A stretch of DNA of 64,000 nucleotides from the NCBI RefSeq assembly GCF_006345805.1, contig NC_043004.1, positions 21,142,001-21,206,000 of the forward strand. The letters are read 5' to 3'. Origin of the DNA: Octopus sinensis. Taxonomy: Eukaryota. Position numbers and translations under genes: made by a program. How positions within the stretch are numbered: the stretch's first letter is position 1; every line of letters begins with the position of its first letter. Below the pieces are notes generated by a model. That model saw nothing but the letters and a program-made list of their open reading frames with translations. It was not told where the DNA came from and did no database searches. Shown here piece by piece: positions 1 to 12,857 of the stretch.

Positions 1-17
1 TTAGTGACAGAAAGAAA

Positions 18-140
18 CTTTTAGGGCTGCCAAGATTAGTTGCAGGAAAGGAGTTTTAGGGCTACCAAGACGAGTGAAATGAAGAGAGTTTTAAGGCCTC
101 CAATGAAAGGGGCATGAAGGAAGTTTTAGGCCACCAAGAC
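18..140. repeat. Degenerate minisatellite, 35-bp period
   Basis: Motif GTTTTA(G/A)GGC(T/C)(G/A/T)CCAA(GAC) starts at about 18, 53, 88 and 123, with purine-rich related spacers; it may continue left of the window. Confidence 0.6.
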
Positions 141-807
141 TGGTGCCACCTAAAGAGTGAATGCCTACTAATTACCACATTTACTGTATGGGTCAATTAT
201 TACTGACTTTAGATTTTGCAATTTAGAAAATTTTAAATGTTTTTCTAATATTTTCTTTTACCTATTTTATGATAAACTACAATGTAGTACTAGAGTTAAT
301 AAATCCAATAGTGTATACACTCACACAATTCTCTTCTTTCTTTCTTTCCTCTCTCTTGTTTGTCTCTCTCCCTCTCTCCGTTTGTGTGTTTGCGTTTCTC
401 TTTGATTCTCTCTCTTTTTCTCTCTCCACCTCTCTCTCTCAATTTCACTCATAGTCTCAGGTGTTAAACATTACAAAATAATAATTTTTTTTATAAAACC
501 ATTCCCAGCAAATGTATATTCCATCTCAATAAAAAATCTTGTACCTCATCATTATCATTGTTACTGTTGTGCTGCTGTCATCATCATCATCATCATCTAC
601 ACTATCTCTTTTGTTATCATTTTCATCATTATTATCCATACCATTGACCACATCATTATTTTCATTTTCGTTTTTGCCATTGCTGTTGTTGTTGTTATTG
701 TTATCAGCACAAATAACACTAATATGCCTCTCTTCCATCACCACTAACTCCTTCCAAGCAAGAAGTACAACTTACTGGAATGCTAGTGCAATTTATGTTT
801 GGGTTCC

Positions 808-1110
808 CATCATCATCATCAACATCGTTATTTAGTGTCCTCTTTCTATGCTGACATGGTTTCTATGCCTGGATGCCCTTCCTAATGCTAACTACTTAAC
901 AGAATGTGCTGGGTGCATTTTACATTCCACCAGCAAGGGTGTGTTTATGTAGCACCAACATGAGCATGTCAATGCGACACTGGCATAGGTGCTCTTTAAG
1001 TGGCACCGGAACCTAAAAGACAAGCCTGTACGTGTGGAAGACTGCGTTTACTTAGCTTGACTCATCTTAACAAGTACAGCAAATTTCCATATCCCCCAGT
1101 CCCTTGTTAT
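808..1110 (-). mobile_element. RTE-clade LINE 3' end (ORF terminus plus 3' UTR with (GAT)n tail)
   Basis: Minus strand reads TRDWGIWKFAVLVKMSQAK*, followed by the GAAGGGCATCCAG-type tail and (GAT)n; same organisation as 58684-60231. Confidence 0.65.
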
Positions 1111-2961
1111 TTCCACTTTTTATCCTTGTATCTAATGACATCAAGTGTTTGAATACAGAGATAGATAATAAGCTATGAACCTTTGTAGTGTTACTCTCAA
1201 GTTGACATCCGAGCTTTGGTATTTACAACTAACTGACCATGTGCCATCAATAATGATGGCTAATTGTAGTATTTTATATATAAATAAAGTATAGAATAAG
1301 GTACAAAATAATCACACATACAAACATTGACAAACTTCCCTTGTACACATACATGCATACACACTTGTACTCACACAGAGTTGAAATGCTGACTTTTTCA
1401 TCCCTTCCTTCCTTATTCATCTATCACGCCTTTCTTTCTCTCATTGCTATTACTTTCTCTCACTCCCTCTCAGTCAGGGCTATTACTCTCACTACTTTTC
1501 CTTCACTGAATTACTATTGTCTCTCCCACTCCGCGTCCAGTGTGATTCTAGATAAATATATATATATATATATACAAATATATAAAAACACTATGCTCAT
1601 TATTATATTAGAAGATTCAGAATAACCTTTGATTAGGATGCTCACTTGCCAGAAAGGACTATTGAACTGCATTTGAGTTTAAGTTTACTACATACAGATG
1701 TGCACGCTACTTATTTTTACTCAAGCGACTATACTAGTTTGTGAAGATAGTTCTAACTGTAAAGAGTACATGCAGCAGAACTGAACCCATAACCATAAGA
1801 TTGCCGACTTCTTACTTAACCAAAACTAGAGATGTTTCTGCTAAGAAAAAAAGCTACGATCTTTGAGCCTGACAGCTTCTTTTGTATGCACAAAATTTTT
1901 CATGTATATTTGTGTGTGCGTGCATGTGCATGTCTGTGTGTATGTATGTATACATTTGCATACATGCATATGTATAAATATATTTATTGCAAATGATTAA
2001 AGTTAAATGATATTTCATTTAAAGTGTTGATGACAATGTGTGAAATATTATGTTAACCTTTTGTCCAGCTAATGTATCAATTTGTGTTTAATGCCAGCTA
2101 TGAGGTGATAAATAATATCTGAAACGAGTTATAAATATGTTTGATATCATTTATTTTTATATTATTTATAAGACATATCAATGTTCAGATATATTTAACA
2201 TATTTGCACACACACACACACAATTATATATATATTTAGATATATATATTTAGATATATATATTTATTATTTGTATGTATGTATGTATGTATATATATAT
2301 ATTATATATTATATATATATATCACCATCATACAGACTATTTTAAATGTACATATTTTGTTATAGCCATTTTTATTTCAGTATATTTCATTTTTTTTGTA
2401 TCAAACCATTATTATTATTATACTTATTATTATTATTATCATTATTATTATTAACACCATCATTATCATTATTTACAATAGTATTTGACTCTCATAGTGT
2501 GAAGGCATCTTTTTTGATTTGCCATTCAAAACACGTTTTATTTCAAACATTACTAAATGAACATTTTTGGATGTACTTTTAAAAAGTGCTATGATAGCTT
2601 AAGGGAAATTTGCAGTCTATACATACTATAAAGAGGTTTGTTTCACAAACTTTTAAATTTTTTATTTTCACACATTACATTTTATGATCCAAAAATGGCT
2701 CCTGCAAATAATTGTGCCTAAAAAGGAAACAACACAAAATCAGAGCATAATTTATATCTGCAAGAGGAAGAAGAAAATGAATATAGTGATTAATTAATAG
2801 ACGAAAATATTCCAAATACTCAAATAAGTAATTTAGAAGACTGTGACAACTGCATCAACAACTACAGTAGCAACACCAATATAATTCCAAATACTGCAGG
2901 TCATTCATAAAGTAACTAAGCCTTCACCTACCTCTAAATTCTCAGAAAGACTTTGGGGCCA

Positions 2962-3270
2962 ATCATCATCATCATCATCATCATTATCATCATCATCATC
3001 ATCATCATTATCATCATCATCATCATCATCGTTATCATCATTTAGCATTCGTTTTCCATGCTAGCATGAGTAAGATGGTGTGACTTGAGTTAGTAATTTG
3101 GAGAGCTGCACCAGGCTCCAATCTGATTTGGCTTGGTTTCTATTGTTAGGAGCCCTTCTTAATGCCAGCAACCTCACAGAATGTACTGAGTGCCATTTAT
3201 GTGTCACTGACACAGGTGCCTTTTACATGTCACCAGCATGGTTGCCTTTTATGTGTCTCTGACACTGGCC
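2962..3270 (-). mobile_element. RTE-type 3' tail fragment
   Basis: (CAT)n followed by TTTTCCATGCTAGCATG...CTGCACCAGGCTCC, the reverse complement of the tail seen at 63124-63314. Confidence 0.7.
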
Positions 3271-4327
3271 ACAAAAAAAGAAAAAAATGTAGGCGAGATA
3301 ATTTTGTAAAACGCAACTGTATTTTTTTTTTTTTACCATAGTGGATAATACAGATGAGAAAGAGAAAAATTATAAATCTCTGTTAACATACTTTTGTAAC
3401 TAGATGAAATATCTTCTTATGTTAAGTTGTACAACAAGCATTCCAGAACAATCCAGGAGAAATTATCTCAAATGAAAAGGGTAAGAGTAATAGAAAATGT
3501 AGATAAAACACAAAACACAGGCTCATATTGTCAGACATACTTTTGTTATAAATTTGTGCCCAGTACACTGGACAAAGAAATGCATGGGTCACTGCAAGAG
3601 ACATTGAGCACAGCATAAACTCATGTGTCATAGTTTGGAGAGAGTAGTTAAAGTAGTGTTAACAAAGGGTAACTTGTGGTCAAGGGACATCAAAATGGAC
3701 TTAATGATCCTGAAGGCCACAGGGTAATATTGGAAATGCGCCAAGTAAAAGGTACCAATATAATGCATACGATTAACGTTACATGGTAGAAAACCTAGTT
3801 GGTATATCTGCTGAAGTGAATCCTACCTTAGCAAAGAGATCAACAAATCACAATTTCTAGTGTACTGCCAACTAAAGCATTGGAGATAGCAAAGCAAATA
3901 TCTTTATGGCTAGTTTCACCAGTAGATGAGCAAATATCCTGTTCTTAATAGTACCAGCCTATAGTATCACACTTTAATCATGTAATAAGGAAGAAAGAAT
4001 AATTATGGGTGAAGATACCAAAATTCTTTATAAAAATACAAAAGGAAAATGCTCAATGGTGCAATTGGTTGCACTCAAGGATAATTTCAGAAAGGATAAA
4101 GTGAACAGTTGTCAAGTATCCTAAATTAACCTAATCTTTCATGCTTCATTTTTTTTTACCTTATATCTTATATTTATTGTGTGTTTTGTAGTTATCATCT
4201 TTATTTATTTCCAAGCAAATATGTGTGCTTAGATCCATGTGCATATATAATTATGTGCATGTATATGTTTATATATGTGTCTACTTTTAATATTCCAAAC
4301 ATATTCTTCTATATTTTGTTTAACATC

Positions 4328-4395
4328 CTTGCCTTCATAATTTGTAAATGTGTTTTTCACACTTGCCTTCATAATTTGTAAATGTGTTTTTCACA
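4328..4395. repeat. Perfect 34-bp tandem duplication
   Basis: CTTGCCTTCATAATTTGTAAATGTGTTTTTCACA occurs twice head to tail. Confidence 0.9.
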
Positions 4396-4589
4396 CTCCA
4401 CATTAGCTTCACTTGTGGTTGATAAAGAAAAGACTATTATTGTTGTTGCTGTTGGTGGTGGTGGGGGTCACGATGATGGTGGGAGTAAGGTTGTTAACTG
4501 CCAAAGCTATTTGCATGCAAGACAATTTGTTTAGTAATATTTCATCCATTTTTGCATTGAGTTGAAAATTTGCTGAGGGTAACACTCTA

Positions 4590-4632
<43 letters not shown>

Positions 4633-4757
4633 CACATATATATATCAAGGTTGTGTTCCACCATGGCAACAGTCTAATGACTGAAAGAAGTAAAAGATGA
4701 AAGATATATATATCATTTACATTTGTTTATGGGAAACATTTTGATTATATATATATA

Positions 4758-4856
<99 letters not shown>

Positions 4857-5084
4857 CAGATAGATAGTGCAAGAGTGTGAGAAAGAGAGATAAATAGATG
4901 GATAGATTGATGAAAGTTAAAAGGATGTACACAGTGAATGAATTAGGTTGACACTCAGTCTAAGATGGAAAAATGACGGTGTATGACATTTCAAGCATGG
5001 CTCTTTGTCAGAAAGAGGAAAGAGGAAATGTCTGGAGATAAGGAAAAGTGTAGTCTGAGAAAAGTACATGTGTGGTTACATCGC

Positions 5085-5130
<46 letters not shown>

Positions 5131-5131
<1 letters not shown>

Positions 5132-5288
5132 TGGGCTTCTTTCAGTTTCTCTCCACCAAATCCATTCACAAAGCTTTATTCACCTCAGACTATAATAGAA
5201 AAGATGATATTTGTGCATGATGTCATGCAGTAAGACTGAACCATAAACCATGTGGTTGAGATGCAAACTTTTTAACCACACTGCACTT
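5131..5288 (-). mobile_element. tRNA-derived SINE, head portion
   Basis: GGGCTTCTTTCAGTTTC..CTACCAAATCC..CACAA...; same family as 18377-18743 and 37175-37566. Confidence 0.65.
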
Positions 5289-5388
5289 CTGCAATATGTA
5301 TGCTAAAACTGGAAATGCAAGTCTGTCTGTATGTATGTATGTACGTATGCATGGATGGATGGATTGATGGATGAATGTATGCATTTAT

Positions 5389-5550
5389 GTTCTGAGTTCA
5401 AATTCTGCCGAGGTTGACTTTGCCTTTCATCCTTTCAGGGTCGATAAATTAAGTACCAGTTACGCACTGGGGTCGATGTAATCGACTTAATCCCTTTGTC
5501 TGTCCTTGTTTGTCCCCTCTGTGTTTAGCCCCTTGTGGGTAATAAAGAAA
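5389..5550 (+). mobile_element. tRNA-derived SINE (GTTCAAATTC B-box family), 5'-truncated
   Basis: GAGTTCAAATTCTGCCGAGGTTGACTTTGCC...GGGGTCGATGTAATCGAC; the tail matches 63902-64000 on the opposite strand. Confidence 0.7.
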
Positions 5551-5659
5551 CATATGTTCTGCATTTTTAAACATACATATATGTATCTTTCTGCATTTTA
5601 AAGGGCTCAGACTTTTATCATCAGGCTACCTTACCCAGATGAACAAACCAGGGTTGACC

Positions 5660-6432
5660 AAGTTCTAGCTCAAATCCCAATCTGCCTCCTCAACATAAAG
5701 CCTCCTAGTGACCTTCTCTGAAGCCTTCCCTTGATGATGGAATTTACAACTTTCCTCTTTGCTGCTCCAGTAACTCAAAGCTTAGTCAGAACCTTACAGA
5801 GTGAATGCCTCACAAAGCTCCAACAACTTACCCCAGTTGCCTCACAGTGTGTCTACCTGCTTTAGTTTCTGCACTGGTCTACTAACTACTAGTATTTGGC
5901 AAGCTTCTATCACGAACCTTCACTATGTGATCTCAGGGAGTCAGCTCCCACATTATCACCTGTTTGGTGGAATTTGCATAGATAATTATGTTTGGCATGG
6001 TGAAATTGGTACAATGTACTCAGGGAATTTTAACATTTCTACAAGATCCACTCCCCGGTGTCAGTCTGGAGCTGAGCAATGTATACATTGTCACTTATGT
6101 TTCAGTCAATTAGGCTTTTCTTTAGCTTTGAGAAAAGGGATAACCTCCATTTTTGGGATGGCATTTGGTAGGCTTCATGACTATTGTCATCACCTCCATA
6201 ACAACCTTGAGCACCTTATCAGGTCCCCAGTAGTAGCATCCATCAGCTAAGGCTCATGGGCAGCTGCTAAAATGGTGAAAGGACCTTCTTTCAGTATACA
6301 AGGGAGAGAAGGGTTACTTCATTCATGTCCCATATGTGAAGGTTTCTTGGACTTGGTAAAGAGTCATGCAGACAAACTGGACCAGAAATCTGATGCACTA
6401 GATGTCAGCTTACCAGAGACCTGACCCAATGA
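5660..6432 (-). mobile_element. HERO-like non-LTR retrotransposon 3' fragment (zinc finger plus restriction-like endonuclease), degraded
   Basis: Minus-strand peptides across frameshifts: IRFLVQ..DSLPSPRNLHIW, SSCP*ALADGCYYW..DKVLKVV, VDLVEMLKFPEYIV, IIIYANSTKQVIMWELT, SLCKVLTKL*VTGAAKRKVV, EASEKVTRRLYV. These match RLE-clade (HERO) C-terminal motifs. Confidence 0.75.
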
Positions 6433-6513
6433 TATTACTCCCTCTCTCTCTCTCTATCTATCTATCTGTCTGTCTGTCTATCTTTCTGTCTGTCTGTCTG
6501 TCTGTCTGTCTGT

Positions 6514-6590
6514 CATAATCATCATCATCATCATCATCATCATCATAGTTTAACGTCCTCCTGCCATGCTGGCATGAGTTGGACAGGAGA
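6514..6590 (-). mobile_element. RTE-type tail fragment
   Basis: (CAT)n GTTTAACGTCC..CCATGCTGGCATGAGTTGGAC. Confidence 0.6.
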
Positions 6591-6730
6591 TGGTCAGACA
6601 GAAAACTGCAACATACTTCTGTGTTTGTCAGTCTATCTATCTGTCCATCTCTCTCCCTCTCTCTCTCTCTGTCTCTCTCTCTCACTCACTCTCTCTCTCA
6701 CTCACTCTCTCTCCCTCACTCTCTCTCTCC

Positions 6731-6765
<35 letters not shown>

Positions 6766-8276
6766 AATGACAAAGGCAGTATTAATACCAAAACTACCAG
6801 ATCATGTGATTTCAGCTGTCCTCAGTCTTGTCAATGATGAACGCTCAACTGCTAAATATAGCAGCGATTCATCTCCCTCCTAGTGATATATATATATGTT
6901 GAAAAATAATGCCAGAACACTGACCCATGTCATGATTAGCCAGTGAGCTTGTTAAAAAATATTTATTAGCGAGGAAGACAGTATAAATACCAAAATGTAA
7001 TACATCTCCCCATATGAACATGGATGTTCTGTTAAAACAAACTACACTGCAGTAGTTACCATGAAAGAAATACTTATATTGGCTTTTGGTGCAAAATACT
7101 CACTTGGTTATATCACTAGCAAGGAGATAAATCCATGCCAATTCCAGTACTGAGACCATCAGATCATAAGATTTCGTCCTTGCTTTTCTTTGCCAATGTG
7201 GTATGTATGTTTGTGTGTGCGAGAGAGAGAGAGAGAGAGTGAGAGATTCAGTAAGAAAATTCCTTTCCTTTTTAATTATTCAATAATATACTCATGATCA
7301 CTGCACAAGTTAATGATGTGAGATAAGAGAACTGACACGCATTTCACAATACCATCCAGAATTCTTTTGATCAGAATTGTTGTGAGCTAAACATAATCTT
7401 GGAATATTTTGCAATTATCATGAGCAAGATAATGAATAATTCAAAAGATACGAATTTCTTTTCTTTTTGAATAAAAACAAATTTTAATGGAAAAGTGGAC
7501 GTTAAATGATGATGATGGTGAAGTTGATGATAATGATGATGATGATGATGATAATAATGATGATAATGATGATGAAAATTTTATATGAACATTATCAAAA
7601 TGTACACCTTCAAAAACATGTCTCTGTTTTTGTTGGTAAAGCTGTATTTCAGTGAGTGACTGAAATGAAAATAAAAATAAACAAAAATGGAAGTACTCTA
7701 TCTATTGTTATTTAGCCCCTGTTCAGCCCTGATTAATTATCAGTTTGATAATCAACATTATTTTAATTGTCATCATTAAGTTCCTTCTGTTTCCAAATGT
7801 ATGACAGAATTTTGGCATGAATGACTCTTAAAGAGTAAAGACACATGACTTAGAGTTTAGGGTGTGCTCTCACAATTGTGGGATCATGGTTTTGATTACC
7901 AGACTAGGTCATGTGTTGTGTTCTTGAGCGAAACACTTCATCTCCCTCTGCTCCAGCCTACACAAATGCAAACAAATAACCCTGAGATACACTGGCATCC
8001 CAATGCAGGGAGATGTTGTGATCTTCATCATTTATCATGCCATGGAAACTGAATAACATGTCCTATGAGTTCTGGGTCTCAAAGCAATAATGTTCAGGGG
8101 TTGATGACGATGTCCCTTGAAGACCTAGATCACATGGGAAAGGAAAACTGTAGCAAATTATTTTTCTTTCCAAAAATTTCAAATTCTATATTTTTGCTCC
8201 CTACTTTCACACTGTCATCCTTTCCCAAAAGTGTTATTTTAAAATTCAGTCAAACTTGATAGAACTGTATAGGCTA

Positions 8277-8862
8277 ATGTTATCTTTCTTTTTCAAGACA
8301 GTAGGGTGTGAATTCAAGTGCTGATATGCAGTCATTGAGTCTCTCATATGTAAGTTGTTAAATGGGGAGCATTATGGTGTAATTTTATAAAAATTGTGAA
8401 TGCTTAAAAGCTTTGAGGTTTATCAGTAATACCGATACAAAAACGATAGGTTGTTTACTATAGAGGTAGTAAGGCAGTTGCTGCAAACATAGGAAATCCA
8501 TAATGTATATTTTTATTCTCTTCTTCTTTTACTTGTTTCAGTCATTTGACTGCAGCCATGCTGGAGCACCACCTTAAAAGGATTTTTAGTTGAAGAAATT
8601 GACCCCAGGACTTTATTCTTTGTAAGCCTAGTACTTATTCTATCAGTCTCATTTGCTGAACTGCTAAGTTATGGGGATGTAAACACAACAACATCAGTTG
8701 TCAAGTGATGGTGGGGGACCGAACATAGACACAAAGACACACACACATAAATATATATACATACATACATATATATATATATATATCTATATATATATAT
8801 ATATATATATATACATACATACATCTATATATATATATATATCTATATACATACATACATAC

Positions 8863-8921
<59 letters not shown>

Positions 8922-9486
8922 GTATATAGATATATATATATATAGATATATATATATTATATATATATATATATATATAGATATATATATATATATGTAT
9001 GTATGTATATATATTTATGTGTGTGTGTCTTGTGTCTATGTTCGGTCCCCCACCATCACTTGACAACTGATGTTGTTGTGTTTACATCCCCATAACTTAG
9101 CAGTTCAGCAAATGAGACTGATAGAATAAGTACTAGGCTTACAAAGAATAAAGTCCTGGGGTCAATTTCTTCAACTAAAAATCCTTTTAAGGTGGTGCTC
9201 CAGCATGGCTGCAGTCAAATGACTGAAACAAGTAAAAGAAGAAGAGAATAAAAATATACATTATGGACTTCCTATGTTTGCAGCAACTGCCTTACTACCT
9301 CTATAGTAAACAACCTATCGTTTTTGTATCGGTATTACTGATAAACCTCAAAGCTTTTAAGCATTCACAATTTTTATAAAATTACACCATAATGCTCCCC
9401 ATTTAACAACTTACATATGAGAGACTCAATGACTGCATATCAGCACTTGAATTCACACCTGCTGTCTTGAAAACGAAAGATAACAT
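8277..9486. repeat. Near-perfect 1.2-kb palindrome (inverted duplication) centred in (TA)n
   Basis: 8277 to about 8880 is the reverse complement of about 8885-9486. By eye there are about 3 substitutions and 2 single-base indels in about 480 non-microsatellite bp. Mirrored 121-aa ORFs lie at 8698-9063(+) and 8701-9066(-). Confidence 0.95.
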
Positions 9487-9519
9487 ATATATCTATATAT
9501 ATATATATATATATATATA

Positions 9520-9552
<33 letters not shown>

Positions 9553-9559
9553 ATATATT

Positions 9560-9601
<42 letters not shown>

Positions 9602-9632
9602 ATTATATATATATATAATATATATATATAAT

Positions 9633-9686
<54 letters not shown>

Positions 9687-9777
9687 CTTACATACATACT
9701 AAGGGTTTCTTTCAGTTTCTCTCTACCAAGTCCGCTCACAAGGCTTTGGTTGGCCTGAGGCTATAGTAAAAGACACT
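8510..9777 (-). mobile_element. tRNA-derived SINE split by the inverted duplication (tail 8510-8760, head 9702-9777)
   Basis: Intact copies at 18377-18743 and 37175-37566 have tail-microsatellite-head contiguous; here the two parts are separated by the inverted copy. Confidence 0.75.
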
Positions 9778-9882
9778 ATATATATATATATATATGTGTA
9801 TAATAATAAATATTAGGCAATAGATCCAAACTTACAGGGAAAAATCAGATTTAGGATTGAATCCAATTTTATAGTAAAATAT

Positions 9883-10134
9883 TATATTATATTAAATTAG
9901 AGATAAAACCACTATTAGGCAAATCATACAATGAAAAACTTAAGCCAATACATAGATTATTTAATTTATATTATTTAAATATATAACAAAATTATTTAAA
10001 AAATTAATTATATTTTTTTAATAATTTTGTTATATATTTAAATAATATAAATTAAATAATCTTATGTATTGGCTTAAGTTTTTCATTGTATGATTTGCCT
10101 AATAGTGGTTTTATCTCTAATTTAATATAATATA
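9883..10134. repeat. AT-rich hairpin (about 120-bp arms, almost no spacer)
   Basis: TATATTATATTAAATTAGAGATAAAACCACTATTAGGCAAATC... is inverted at ...GATTTGCCTAATAGTGGTTTTATCTCTAATTTAATATAATATA; flanked by (TA)n and (GA)n. Confidence 0.9.
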
Positions 10135-10139
10135 TATAT

Positions 10140-10184
<45 letters not shown>

Positions 10185-10186
<2 letters not shown>

Positions 10187-10530
10187 ATCTGGTCATGTGA
10201 TGAATAATGAATGGGGGTAGCTGCTTAAAGTAGTTCTGATCTCTGTGAAAGGAACCTGTGAAGAGGTAGGCCCCAAAAGATATAGGACGGGGTGATGAAA
10301 AATGATTTTTAGAAATTGAGTCTCATGGAGGCAATGACATGTGGTTGATACTTTTGGCGATTTGCTGTCCTTGAGAGGACATGTCAAGCTAAGTGAAATC
10401 ATAGTCCTAGCCTGTGCTAGTGATGCATGAAAGTCTCTTATGCTGGTGACATAAAAAAAGCACCCAGTACACTCTGTGCAGTGGTTAGTATTAGGAAGAG
10501 TACCAAGCCAAAACAGACTGGAGCCTACAT
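10185..10530 (+). mobile_element. RTE-clade LINE 3' end, degraded
   Basis: GHVM..., GRPQKI*DGVMKND, SLMEAMT..FWRFAVLERTCQAK*, then the AAAGCACCCAGTACACTC..GTGGTT tail. Confidence 0.7.
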
Positions 10531-12058
10531 ACAATCGTTTCAATTCTTACACATAAAAAACCATTGTTTGTAGGTAAGAATCTTTTTGGTGTAATTTTTG
10601 ATATATGAAGATACTCAATATCTACTTAATAGCTCACCTCTGTTTAACCAATGTTTCTGGTCCACATGTTAGACCTTTTCCTTTCGTGAACTTGTTTTAG
10701 CCTTAGTATTTTACCATCTCAGATTATCATATCTGATGTCACTGGATTCTATTGTTTCAGTGCAGATGCCCTTTACATTGTATGAATATGTGGTGTTGGC
10801 TTTCTACCAATATAATGCAATTAAACATCTGAAAACTATGAATGTATTTGTGTGAGTAAGTGTGAATGTCAGTAATATGTATGACAGTTCGATGATAATA
10901 GTTTCAAGAAATTCTGAAAGTGGTAACACCAAAAGATCAAACTATATATATCAGCATTCTCTGCAGGCATTTGTCACCAAGCATTTATCAAATTATTTAA
11001 CTGCTGTGTTAATTGCCAAACTATGTGTGAAATGGAGCTGCTAAGAATTCGTATTTAACCATTCAGCTTTACTTCACACACTTTTCAATCTTGGATATTT
11101 TAATAATTTCAAATTAATGCTTATTTTTTTCTTCTGTAAACACCAGTAGGTTTCGTAGAGATTGTATTTTAAAGGAAATGATAAAGAGATGAGAAACAAA
11201 TGTCTTCTTGGATAGAACTACAATTTATCACAATTGACATTCTGTGAAGGTCAAAGGAATAATTTTCCAGTCAATAGCAGATAAGGAGATTTTAAGTAAA
11301 TAAAAGATATTAAGCTGGCAGAATTAAAATTCCCCAAAACGTTCATGATGTACCATTAACTGGTGACCAAACAAGTAGCTGCATTTATAATAGCTGAGCA
11401 TTTAGAAAATTTTACATTCCTCTATGAATGATTTGGTGTTAAAATGTTAACTAACATGATGACATTTAAACGAAAGGAGATTTTATAGTCACTCACCAAA
11501 AGTTTCATCTTCATGTGTTTGATTGCACATGACTAGTTTCTGTCTCTCTAATCAAATATGACTCAAGTTTGCAGGGTGTCACTGATGTTGTTTTGTCAAC
11601 CATGATCAAGCAGACCTAGGTCAAAGATATTCCAGTTGTGACCACTTCATCTCTTCTTTTCATACTCATTCTGCTTCAGTTAAATGGGATATGAGGTTTA
11701 AATGCTGTTTATAGCAAATAAATTAACATTGCAGAAGCTTTCTGCTTGGGTTGGGAAATTGTTGATCAAAGGTGTGAGAGAAATTACACTTCTGGGAATC
11801 AAGGCTGCATAAAAGACAACTCAATAGGATCTCATTACCACCATCTCCACTCATTATCATCACTCATTACCATCACTAATTACCATCATACATCAGAACC
11901 TTAAGAAACAAGGGATGACATATTACTTTGTCTTATAACCTCTGTAAAAGACAGGATGGTTTCAGTTGGAATGGCTTTCATTAAGGGCTAATCTAAGGCT
12001 AAATATTTACAACTACAACAACTGCTGCTGTTGCTACTGCTGCTGCTGCTCCTCCTCT

Positions 12059-12100
<42 letters not shown>

Positions 12101-12857
12101 ACACTCCATACTATGCACTTTACCCATTTAGGAATTTTATGGCAAGAAGCTTTAAAAGGTTTGAGGGCTTCTGATCCTCAGAATAAATGATAAGATAATT
12201 AAATACTTGAATAAAATATCCACCAATTGTAATGAATAGAACTTTCAGACTTATAATTAAAACAATGATTATTAATTAACATCTTTGATATAGTCAAGAT
12301 ATTTGCAGAATCGAGAAAATTAAGATCAATTTAAAATTTTCAAATTTAATAATTTTCCAAACCCTGCTTTTGTAATTAAATTTAATCTGAATATTATCAT
12401 CTACTTTAGGAAAATATTTTTCTTAGATTTAAAACAAGATATTATTCTTTGAAAAAGAAGATGACTGGAAATAAATCAGCATTTTAAACATTTCTTAATA
12501 TATAGTCATATATAGTTCATATTTTAATTTATATATATATTGCTTTATTAAAGAATGTATACAGAGTAATTATGTGTACTGTTAAACATTTAAAAGAACA
12601 ATAGAATAAAATCATTAGGATATGGTATGCAATTTATATAAATAATGACTAGTTTATAGTTTGACGACGACTAAAGCTAATCACATCTTGTTAAACAGCA
12701 TATGAATGACAAAAAGGAGCAACGATGAAATTAATAGATCATATCAAGATGTTAGATGTAATTCCATTGTCAAGCTTTGTTGCTTTTCTGGCCATAGGCT
12801 TTTATGATGCTCATTTCCTTTCACCAGATTTCTTTTCAAATTTGACAAATGAAAATA

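Noticed and set aside
18-140. CRISPR array (repeat begins GTTTTAG.GCT)
   Set aside because: Eukaryotic context, degenerate repeats, short related spacers of about 17 bp, and no cas genes.
3400-4100. Coding-like stretch, possible transposase
   Set aside because: No motif that I could assign with confidence.
5801-6250. 149-aa + strand ORF
   Set aside because: Antisense to the HERO-like remnant.
8698-9066. Twin 121-aa ORFs on both strands
   Set aside because: Produced by the palindrome and (TA)n; not protein-coding.
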